From Eledone cirrhosa (Eukaryota), in assembly GCA_964016885.1 (NCBI GenBank), contig OZ024740.1, positions 49,104,001 to 49,168,000 of the forward strand: DNA of 64,000 bases, written 5' to 3'. The notes beneath the pieces were generated by a model, which saw nothing but the letters and a program-made list of their open reading frames with translations, did no database searches and was not told where the DNA came from. Below, one piece after another: positions 13,201 through 25,200 of this stretch; position 1 is the stretch's first letter, and every line of letters starts with the position of its first letter. Made by a program: the position numbers and the translations under genes.

Positions 13201-16200
13201 GTATTTATCAGCCTTCGCTCTCAACGCAAAAGTCAATGGTTTATGGTCGGTGAGGATAGCAAACAGTCTACCCTCTAGCATATGTGAAAAATGTTTCACG
13301 GCCAAATAGATGACTGAAAGCTCTCTTCCAAAGGTGCTGTAGCGCGTCTCAGCAGGTTTCAGCTTTCTGGAAAAAAACTCCAGCGGTTGCTGGTAACCAT
13401 TGATGTTTTGCTGGAGCACTGCGGCCACAGCGATATCCGATGCATCAAAACAAAGCGTTAGCTTTGCACCAGGTACCGGGTGAGTCAGTAACGAAGCATT
13501 AGCCAAAGTAGTTTTGGCGTGCTGAAAATCAGCAAGTTGAGTGTCGGTCAAAGAAATGTCTTTGTTCCTCTTCCGACAATTTTTTAAATTTCTGTCAGGG
13601 AGAAAAGCAATCTTGCACAATTTGGCACGAAACGCCTATAAAAGTTAATCAGGCCTAAGAACTGACGTAGTGAGGTCGGTGGAGGCAAATCCTCTATGAC
13701 CTTAACTCGTTCAGGCCGGGGTCGAATACCGTCAGCGTCGATGACGTGACCCAAGAAAGTCAGTGACTCAGCACCAAAAACACATTTGGGTGCATTAATC
13801 TGCATGTTATACGCCTTCAATCGGCGGAAAAGAAGATTCAAATGGTGCGTATGTTGCTCTTGAGAAGAACTAGCAATGAGCAGGTCGTCAATATAGGTAT
13901 AGACGAAATCGAGGCCACGAGTAACCTCATCCATAAACCGCTGAAACGTACTAGCGGCATTCCTTAATCCGAACGGCATGGTCAAAAACTCAAATGACCC
14001 AAATGGCGTAACTATAGCCGTTTTTGGAATGTCATTTTTATGGACAGGAATTTGATGGTACGCACGAATTAAATCCAGTTTGGAGAATATCTTGCATCCC
14101 TGCAATGAAGACGCAAAGTCTTGCAGATGAGGGATAGGATAACGGTCCGGTTCCGTTATCGAATTTAGGCGTTGATAATCTCCAGTAGGTCTCCAATCGC
14201 CAGTCGCTTTCGGTACCATGTGTAATGGGGACGCCCACGGGCTCGTGGACGGACGAATAATCCCCAACTGCAGCATATGATCAAACTCTGATCGTGCTGC
14301 TTTGAGTTTGTCCGGAGGCAAGCGACGAGGACGAGAAAAAACAGGAGCACCAGTTGTAGATATGAAGTGCTCCGTGGTATGAGTTGGCTCATCAACTCGA
14401 AAATTTCCCTGAGTCAGTTGCGGGAACGAGTTCAACAACGCATGGTAAGTATCACCGGTGTTGGCAAGAAAAAAGGTCGGGCTAACCGTTGGAACTCCTG
14501 CTGCCTTGCCAACAACAGTTAAACCAGTGATGCCATCAATTAGGCGTTTACGATGGAGATCCACCGTCAATGAAAAATGGTGGAGAAAATCCGCGCCTAG
14601 AATCGGATACGGCAAGGCAGCGACAGTAAATATCCATTTAAATTCGCGCCGCAGATTACGGAACTGCAAAGGTAGCGAGATTTGTCCGAAGGTTCGAATC
14701 AGCGAACAATTTACTGCCTGCAATTCAATAGGTGTCTCAGGGGGAGTCTCCTTCATACAACACACAGGCCATATTAAACAAGCTGCACCTGTGTCCACCA
14801 GAAAGGCTCTACCTAATAGCAGGTCCTCAATGAAAAAGTGGCGGTTGGATGATGTTTCGCAGAGCGCACTATCCGCCGTTAGTGACTCTGGTCGTCGTTT
14901 CCCATGTAAGCACAAGGAAGCCTACAACGGGCGGCTTTGTCACCATATTTGTCATGGTAATAACAATATGGTGGTTTTGGTGTTTTGGAAGGGCTACAGT
15001 GGCGAGGAGTTGAATAAGTTCGTGAGCGGCTCCTCTGCCGTCCAAAAGACCTGAATTCCTGGCACAACTCCGCCATATGACGAGTCATGGCTTCCATTGT
15101 GGTGACTAATTTGTCATCACTCGCTGATGAGCGTGATTGAGGAAGAGAAGAGGAAGCAACGTACTTTGGCTTCGAAGTGTCTCTCTTCGTCACTTCTACA
15201 GTTTTGTAAGCAGAGACAGCAATGTGGTCGAGGGTATTTACCTCTAGCATATGGGCTAGGATCGCCTGTACCTCTTGAGGTAGGCGAGAGAAGAACAATT
15301 GCTTCAGGAAAGGGCTATCCTGATCTTGGGAATCGCTCAAATCCCGCAAATGCCGGAGAAAAGCGGTAGGGGTCCTGTCACCTAATCGTTCGTCCTCGAT
15401 CAATGACCGAAAACGACTCTCTACCGACTTACAGTTCCTTCTCAAGATCTCGCCTTTTAAAGACTCATACGTTAAGTCAGAGGGAGGGTCTGTAATTAGA
15501 TCTTGGACCGAATCTGCTAGATTAGGGGGAAGTCCGCTAATCAAGACAGTGAGGCGCTGGTCAGACTCGGTCTTACAGACCATAAAATACGCCTGTAACT
15601 GGGCAAACCACAGCTTAGGTTTTCCGGTAAAGATGGGCAAATGTGGCGCATTCATGGTAAAACGTTTAAAATAAAAAAAAAAAAATATATATATACATAA
15701 ACAGCAATTAATGTACTCTCGCACAGGGAAAAGCAAACAGCCAAAATTGAGAAAAAATGAAAGGTCAAAAAGAAACAGATATTCAAAACATTAGGAAATA
15801 GGAAAAATACATAATACATTCAAGATTGCGAGGCAGTGTGTCAGAGATAGTTGTGATGTCATTGGAGAGAAGTGTATCCGGAATGATAAAGGTGAGCTTG
15901 CCCTATGGAAACCGCGGAGTGGGGAGACCCAAGATGACTTGGGATGAGGTGATAAAAGCCGACCTTACCCAACTACACCTCTCAAAGTCAATGACACACG
16001 ACCGTGACTTCTGGCGTCACGCAGTAATACAGGGTACCCGACCTCCCATGGGTACATGCTGAAGCATATAAACAATATGCCCCCCCCCCCACCGCAAGGT
16101 GGTCGTGGAGGTGCCACGGCAAAAAAGCACCCAGCCCACACTGTAAAGTGGACGTGTAGGCGCCACGAAAAAGCACCCAGCACTCACTGTAAATGAGGTT

Positions 16201-19200
16201 GGTGTTAGGAAGGGCATCCAGCTGTAGAAATCAAGCCAGATCAGTTCCTGTATGAGCAAGGCATGGTCAGCCGACCAGACACTGCCCACAACAGGACAAC
16301 CCGTCTAACCCATGCTAGCGTGGAAGAACGGACGTAAAACGGTGATGATGATGATGATGATGACATAAAATACATATATATATATTTTAAAAAAAAAAAA
16401 ATTTCCTTCAACGTCTGTCCCCTTGTGATGCTTCAACGAGCCAGCCAAATCAAATAAGGTGAAAAAGAGAGAAAAAAAAATGTTTGTTTTAGAATATATC
16501 CACGTTGGATATCATCAATAGGTAGCCTGTGGCAAAAAATCCCTTAGAAAAAAGTAAGGCATGTATATCCCTTGCGGGGCAGTAATGTTCACAAAATAGT
16601 TTTTTTCCCTTGATCAAATATGAAACACACGCAATTCCAAAATGTCCCTGTCCTGGCGGAAAATTACAAAACGGGGTGGGAAAGCAACGCCATCTTGGAA
16701 AAATTTTTGGCTGGTTTGTATACCTTGTCAATACGGTATAAACACTTTATTATTTCTCTGTCTTTTTTTGTATTTTCGTAAGTTGCGAAAAGGTTGGCAA
16801 CGTGGCAATAACAGTGAAGTTCAACTGAATAAAAAGGCTGCGTAAAATTCTTACGTCGGTCACCAGTGTGGTAAAATGGATGTATCCTAGTTGGATTGTT
16901 TATTGACATAGACGTGAGGGAAGGTCCCTCGTCTATTTACCATATTTTGTAAGTTAGAATTATAACAAAGTGAGTGGGTGTGTGCGTAAACAAGACAATA
17001 ACCACAACGAGAGTTATATTCAACAATTGTAAATAATGGTGATGTTTATTTTGTTTATATGTGTTTATTATATTACAAATGAAACATACCAAATATATGG
17101 TCAGTTGTGGTGAATTACAATTACAAAAGTATTGTGGTGTTTGCTGTTTGCTGTTCCCTTGGCTGTCTATCGTTTCGTGGTACAGAGGCTGTTTTCTGTG
17201 GCGTGTGTTTATTCTGCTTTCCGGTGGCTGTCTGTGTCTACCTCTCGTGTTCTCAACCAGGGGGAGATAACTAGGGTTGTTCTATTATCCGCCAGGGGGC
17301 GTGAGGCGCCTTACTACATATGGAAATAGTATTTGGTAAACTGATTTTTTAAAAATTGATTTATTTTTGTTTTTTGCAGGAAATTTGTTATCTAAGTATT
17401 GGTCGGGTTTATCATAAGATGACTCGCGTGGATAAAACTGTTATAGTCACCAGATATATGCCACGGTAATTTTGATATTTCTATATACTTAAAATAAACA
17501 TTGTATTTCTGAATACCCATCATAATCATTCAATTACTAATGAGGCACCCTCTATGTGGTTACTTGATTTACTAGAAATAACCTCCAAATCTTCTTCAAA
17601 TTACACCCTAACATCTTAAAAAAAAGGCAAGAGATGTAAGATAATGTTCTAGCTAACACTGTCCAAAGGACAATACATAATGTAACAATTTTGATAGATA
17701 AATGATAAGGATAGTTACAGCTGTAATACTTTTGATGTTGGGTCTACTTGATCATAGCTGACCCAGAGCTAAACAACAACAATGATGTTGTTCTAGTTAA
17801 CACTGTCTAAAGGACACATTACCTAATGTAGGACTTTTGATAAATAAAAGATCTTCAAAAAGTTCCAAATTTTTGGAGTACATGGTGTGACGAGTGCACT
17901 TTTGTTCCTCACTCAAAAGACGTGGAACTCAGCATGCAGACACCTTTCTCAAACCAAGATTGTTAGTCAGAATATTGTTGACTCGCTCTTCAGAGATGCC
18001 TGACCTATCTTATGAGATGGTAGTCGTCGATCCTCGATCAATATCCCAAGGTCAATGTTCTCTGGTGTGGTCACTGTTGATGGCCTCGTAGACCTCGGGT
18101 CATCTTCCACACCTTCCTTGCCACATTTGAATTCATTGACCCAGCATTTGACTGTGGCATATGATGGGACATCTTCGCCTAATGTGTCTTGCATGTCCTT
18201 ATGGATCTCAGCTGGGGTTATGCCTTTCAACTGCAGATAGCTAATCACTGCTTGATACTCATATTTTTCCATTTTTCATAAAACACCTTGTGTACACCAA
18301 CTTAAAAATCTGCAAAAAGAAATGAAAAAATGTTTACAACATGAAACCAGGCTAGCATTGTAAGAACATGTCACAGATTTCACAGACAAAATTTCATTTG
18401 CACATCTATTTGTTTTCTGTGTGAGGCTCAAAGCTTTTCAGTCACCCCTCATATATAGGATAATTAATTGGTATATTAATTGGTATATTATTGGAAAATA
18501 AGAAATACATCCTTAATGTGGCTGGCAATCAAATGAAGACAATAAAGGGTAGAGAAGACTCTTCAGGCTAAACGAGCATATGACAACCTCCCTAGTGCTG
18601 GTGTCACAATGAAATACACACAGTCCAACGTGTCAAGTGATAGTGCTCGTGTTATGATAAAATACACACAATACACACTATGCTGTTAAGAAGGTCATCC
18701 AGCTGTAGAAACTATGCTAAATATGGAATGAATAAATAAGATGAGGCTGCTCTAACCTGCCTAGTCTTGGACTGTGGCAATCTGTCCAACCCATGCCAAC
18801 CTGGAAAGCAGCCATATGATAACAATGATGATGATAATCTGTATTTTATTTTCTCAAATAATAAAGTATATATCAAAAATTTCTATTTGGCAGCCATCCA
18901 TACCGTCTGATGCACTACAAATACCGATATCGATTCCAAGCTCCTGATTCCAACCATTATAGTCTGTCAGAGACTGAATTTACAAATGAAAAACTGGAGA
19001 ACTATAACTGGAACTATCTAGATCACTTTATTTGTACTCAGGGGGAGGGTGATTACCCACTAACAAAGGTACTGTTACATAGCTTTTTGTAATTATATGA
19101 TGTGTGTGTGTGCATATATATATATGAGATGGCACATGAATGGACCTGTTATTTTTCTCTAAAAACATTTTTTCCGATTCCGCCCTGCCCGTCCCTTCAA

Positions 19201-22200
19201 TCTTTCTAATTTCTCAATCTTTCTTCTGGTGAAAGGCTAGTGTCTGAAACGTTAAGACCCTCTTCCTGCTATTTCAAGCGTTAAACTAATATGTTCCTTC
19301 CATATACTGTACTGATTGTGTTGTTATTTCTGTTTACCTTTTACATATATATATGTATATATATATGATATATATATATATAATATATATATATACATAT
19401 AGATTGGGGGAACACACAAGCAAGGTAGATTATATCCTTACCAGAAGACGTGACAGAGTGTCTGTTGTAAACACTAAATCCCTCCCCCATGAAGAATGCA
19501 CCTCCCAACATAGACTGGTAATTAGCGACCTCATAGTCAGGACGAGACGTACTAGACAGCAGAAGAGGACTATCCTCAGGAGAAAAATATGGAAGCTAAA
19601 GGACCCCACAACCAGAAATAAATTTCAAAGCATATTACTTGATGCTTTCGACAGTAAGGAAGAGCAATTAGAGTCGTATAATATAGAGGAACAGTGGGAA
19701 TTCCTGAAAGCAAACCTGCTGACGGCGGCAGACGAAGTCTGTGGCTGGAGCAGGCCTGTAGGTAGGAGGAGAGTAACATGGTGGTGGAACAGTAAGGTGG
19801 AGGAGTCAATTAAGGCCAAAAAGCAGGCTTGGAAAGTATGGCGGGATGGGGGAAGTAGAGAAGACTATCAAGTGGCCAGGAGGGAAGCTAGGAGACAAGT
19901 GTACTTCGCAAGAAGGGAAGCAGAGGAAAGAAAGTTCAAGCATGTTCTACAACGTGAGGACCAAAAACGTGAGGTGTTCAGGATTGCTAGGCAATGTGTC
20001 AAGGAAAACCGTGATATTGTCGGGGATAAGTGTGTACTTAATGATGATGGCGTACTTGCCATCACTGACGCTGATAAAAAGGTAGCTTGGAAGTGTCACT
20101 ACGAAAGGCTTCTAAATGAGGAGAATAAATGGGAGAAAGACAGTCTCCCCCACATCGACCCAATAGAGGGACCAGCAGTGTTAGTCGAAGGTAGTATAAT
20201 AAGTAAGGCAATCAAAGATATGAAGATGGGTAAGGCGGCTGGGCCTTCGGAAATAGTTGCTGAGATGCTGAAAGCCTCTGGAACGGTGGGACACACCATG
20301 GTCACCCGGATAGTAAACCAAGTCATACAGAATGGGGTCGTTCCGAAGGACTGGCGTAGCAGCATCATCATTAACTGGGTAAAGGAGATGCCCTAGATAG
20401 GAGTAACTATAGAGGCATCAAATTAATCGACCAGGTCATGAAGGTCACGGAAAAAGTAATAGCGCAACTAATCAGAGAGCGAATTGATCTAGATGAAATG
20501 CAGTTCGGGTTTGTGTCAGGCAAAAGTACCACAGACGCTCTTTTCATTGTACGACAACTACAGGAGAAGTACCTAGCAAAAAGTAAACCCCTATACTTAG
20601 CTTTTGTTGACTTGGAGAAAGCCTTCGACAGAGTCCCCCGTTCCATTATCTGGTGGGCTCTTAGAAAACTAGGTGTTGACGAATGGCTTGTGAGAGCTAT
20701 ACAAGCCATGTATAAAGAAACAGTCAGGCTATAACAGTGGAGTTCAAGACCGGCTGCCCATGGGAACTCCTATACGCAGATGATCTAACGCTCATAGCTG
20801 AATCAATGGCCGAGCTAGAGAAGAAATTCCAAACATGGAAGCACGGCCTAGAATCAAAAGGCCTTAAAATTAACCTGGCTAAGACTAAAGTTCTAGTTTG
20901 TAGGAAAGAAAATAAGGCGCCGGTCCCTTCCGGGAAATGGCCATGCTCAGTGTGTAGGAAAGGCGTAGGTAGAAACTCCATTTTATGTCCCAAATGCAAA
21001 GTATGGGTGCATAAAAGATGTAGTGGGATCACAGGTAAGCTAACTAAGAACATAGATTTCACATGTGGCCGGTGCTCTGGTTCAATAAGTAGCAGCAAGT
21101 GCCCACAGAATACAGCTCTTTCAATTGCGCAGAGGGTTCTATAGAAATAGTGGACAGCTTCCGTTACCTGGGTGACAAAATCAGCAGTGGGGGAGGGTGC
21201 TCTGAAAGTACAGTAGCTAGAGTCAGAACTGGATGGAAAAAGTTCAGAGAGCTTATACCACTATTAGCCGTTAAAGGGTTCTCCCTAAAAATGAAAGGCA
21301 GGTTGTATGATGCCTGCATACGAACAGCAATGTTGCATGGCAGTGAGACATGGGCATTGTGTGCAGAGGATATACGCAGACTAGAGAGGAACGAAGCTTG
21401 CATGCTCCGCTGGATGTGTAATAGTAATATACGTGAACGGCAAAGCATAAACGAACTAAGGGAAAAATTAGAAATAAGAGGGATCAGATGTTGTTTACTC
21501 GAGAGAAGGCTACGTTGGTATGGTCACGTGATGCGCATGAAAGACGACAGCTGTATAAAAAAGTGCAGGGCAATAAAGATAGACGGTAACTACGGAGTAG
21601 GCAGATTCAGAAAAACCTGGGACGACCTGATAAATTCCGACCTCACACACTTACACCTCTCCAAGACAATGTCACTGGACCGAGATCTTTGGCGGTATTC
21701 AGTAATAGAGAAGACCCGCCTTGCCTAAATACAAAGTAAACCTACTACAGTCAGTAGGCATCTCTAACAAAATACGCCCCCGTCACACCACCCCCACCCC
21801 ATTACACCACCCCTTTCAATGTAAAGTTACGTTGGTGCCACAACATCCAGGCCGAAACAAATGAGATCGTGTAGGTGTCACGACAAAAAAACACACAGTC
21901 CACGCTGTAATGTGGCCGTGTAGGCAACACGGTAAAAACCTCCCAGTCCCACACTGTAAATGTGGTTGGTGTTAGGAAGGGCATCCAGCTGTAGAAAACC
22001 CGCCAGATAGTCCTATGCAAGCAAGACAACCACTCTTGCCTCAAGTGGGAAAACTCCCGTCCAAACCCATGCAAGCGTGGAACATGGACGTTAAACGATG
22101 ATGATGATATATATATATATCATAAAACATGTCTATAGAATCACAAGATAAAATATATACTATTTCCTCTCCCAATTAGCATAATTAACTATATAAAAAA

Positions 22201-25200
22201 TCGAATAGACCAGGCTATAAGAATGAGGCTTCTATGAAGAAATCTCTGACAAATAACCAAAACTAGCCCTTCGCGTCGGCCGTAGCGGAATATTTATCGA
22301 ATATTTCGACAGCGTAATCGCCTAGATACAGTCAACTAAATAGAATTAGGTGTAAAATAAACTAGGAGAAAATAGAATACATTTAAATACCTCTCTCTCT
22401 CTCTCTATATATATATATGATATATAAATGCATTTAGTCCAATTCACTGCCTTTATCCCATGCAAATCATCAATGCATGCTTGGAGTGTACTGTGTGTTA
22501 AGAGAAAGAGAAATAGTCAACAGGTAATATTTTTTTTCATTTTATCAGCAAATACTACTTTGGATATATTTCTGGCTTGTTAGCAAAGTGTAACCTCCCT
22601 GTAGAGTTAGTGAATATATTAATCTTATTTAACCCACTTATCCAAAATCATGTAGAACTTATACATCTTTCATCTTTATACACTTCACAATTTTTAAAAC
22701 TAATATTGGCATGATTAAATGAGGGAGTCTCTACATGGTTGCTTGAACTGCTAGAAATTGTAGACAAATCTCCCTTGTATCACATCACATGCTACCATCT
22801 TATCAAAGGACGATTGAGTAAAAAAATATGCTATGTTCATCTCTGGAATGTCTTTGGTCATAGTTCTACCTGATCGGAGGTTAAATAACAACAACAATTA
22901 CAATTGACACACTACTTTGATCTGAAAATCCTTTGATTTGAAGAATTTTACAAATCTTGAGTTGTAAAATCTCAACATGGTCCTTTTAGAAACAGTAGCC
23001 AACTTACTACAAACCACACTCCTAATCTTAAACAAGTAATGACACATTAAATATTGCATTTCTACATGCCCCTATAAATACAGGATCTTATGCCATAGGT
23101 TTTCATGATTAAGATTAACTGAGGGCTAAACAACAACAAAACCAACTGTGTAGTTTCTGCGGGGTCGAACCCTGTGGATGGAAATATTCAAGTCGTTCTG
23201 AGCATAATTCACATATTTGTTTATTTAAATATCTAATAAGAAAACCTTGAGTTCTTAAATTAGTTTTTCTTTTTATAATATCTGCTATTGAACTTGTACT
23301 GTAATCTAGATGTTCAATTATTTACTCATATTTCTTTGGAGTTCCAATTTTTATTTGGACAGTTTAGATATTTCTAAAATTTGTAAAATATTCTTAAATC
23401 TGTTGGAACCTTTCAAACATCAGATGAGAAATGCTAGAAAATTTTGAGATAAATTATAATGTCAGTTTAACAGGAAGAACTATATATAAATATATGCATC
23501 AGTTCTTCTGATTGCAGTAAAACAAAAAACAAAAAAAATGAATTGCAGCATATAACTAAAAATTCTTACATGTCTAAAGTTTATCCTATATGATTTCAGA
23601 TTCTAAAATACTGGCGTAGCCGTTTTTTCCTCTTGCCATACAGTAATACCACCAAGAAAATATCTGAAGCTGGGTATATATTCATTCATAATTCTCTTTA
23701 AAATTAAAATTGTGACTTTTCTTGTTAGAATAAAAAGAATTCCTAATTGGTTTTAAATTCTTCTCCTTAAACTGGAATTCTCAACTTCTTGAGTCAGTTG
23801 GTGGGGAGTAAGAGCCTGTATTCTATAGATCATTGACTAACAAGGGTTAACAACATTTATAACAATAATATCAACATTTTAATCTCCCACTTAAACCATT
23901 ATTTTAAATCATTTCACTATTTATTACTATTTTCTCTACTACTTTCTTCCTACAAATGAAAGGATGGCTGTATGATGCCTGTGTGCAAAGTGTAGTGCTG
24001 CCTGGTAGTGAAACATGGGCAGTGACTGCAGAGGACGTGTGTAGGCTGGAGAAAAATGAAGCAACCGTGCTCCGATGGATGTACAATGTTAATGTGAGAG
24101 AATGGCAACGCTTGGATGAACTGAGGGAGAAACTGGGTTTAAAAGGAATCAGAAGTGGTGTGCAAGAGAGAAGACTGCATTGGCATGGACATGTGATGGA
24201 CAGATGGGGATCTCTGGGTGAAGAAGTGCCAGGAAATCTCAATAGAAGGAAGCCACAGTAGAGGTAGATCATGGAAGACCTGCATGGAGGTGGTGAGAGC
24301 TCGTCTCAAATTGCTAAAACTCACAGAGGAGATGACTAAGTAATGCAACAAGTTGAGATATGCTGAAAAGGACTGAAAAGAACCAATGTGGAAAGCCGAT
24401 GTAAAAACGATGATGATGATGATAACATACATCAGCTTTTATTGAAAAATAAGGAAGAGGAGGAGATTTTTTACAATCCTCATAACTTGATAGATGAAAG
24501 TTTTTTCCTGCTAGTAATCCACTTCAAAGAATAATAAGGAAAATAAAAGGAAATTCTAAATCTTATTAAGTCATTTAAACTTAAGATTTAAATTCTATAA
24601 AAATATACCAATGAGAAATAAATTTCAAATTGACCACCGGTATATTGTTGAAAAAATTAATACCTGAACTAGAGTAACCTTGACTTAAACTCTAGCAATA
24701 TTAAAAATATACAAATAGAATGAGATAACAAAGGAACCTCTATGTTTAAAATAGCAACCAAATATCCCTCAAATTACATCATACCATTTTTTTAAAAATC
24801 AGTAATGACACATGGTGTAGTCTTAGAGATAGAATGGTTGTAATGCCTTTGATCATTATAAGATCTGTTAAATAACAACTACAGATATAGAAATTAAGAA
24901 AAAAATATTTGTTAGGAAAAAGAATCATAAGAGAGAGAGAATGGTAGTAGTGGTAGTGAAGAGAAAGATATTTTGGGTTTGCTACTTTTTGTAGAAATTT
25001 ATATGTAAAATTTATGCCATTCATATTATAGTGACTGAAACCTTCAATTCAAACATCATTTTTTTTGCCATGTTCAATTCTAAGCCCTCTTAAATAAATT
25101 TCCTTGTTATTATTATTATTATTTTTAGGCTCACTTGGTTTCTTGAATTTATTTCTTCTATCTTTTTATTGTAGTTCTGAACCCAGGTGTGACATATACG

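Larger units (their letters stand above)
11112..17318 (-). mobile_element. Full-length Ty3/gypsy LTR retrotransposon, CsRN1-like clade
   Basis: LTRs 11112-11560 and 16867-17318 (TG...CA, a few substitutions/indels); 4-bp TSD TATG at 11108-11111 and 17319-17322; gag-PR-RT-RH-IN order; CHCC gag knuckle; tRNA-Trp-like PBS. Confidence 0.95.

Noticed and set aside
14458-15054. 198-aa + strand ORF and similar ORFs opposite RT genes
   Set aside because: Antisense shadows of transposon coding sequence with no independent motifs.
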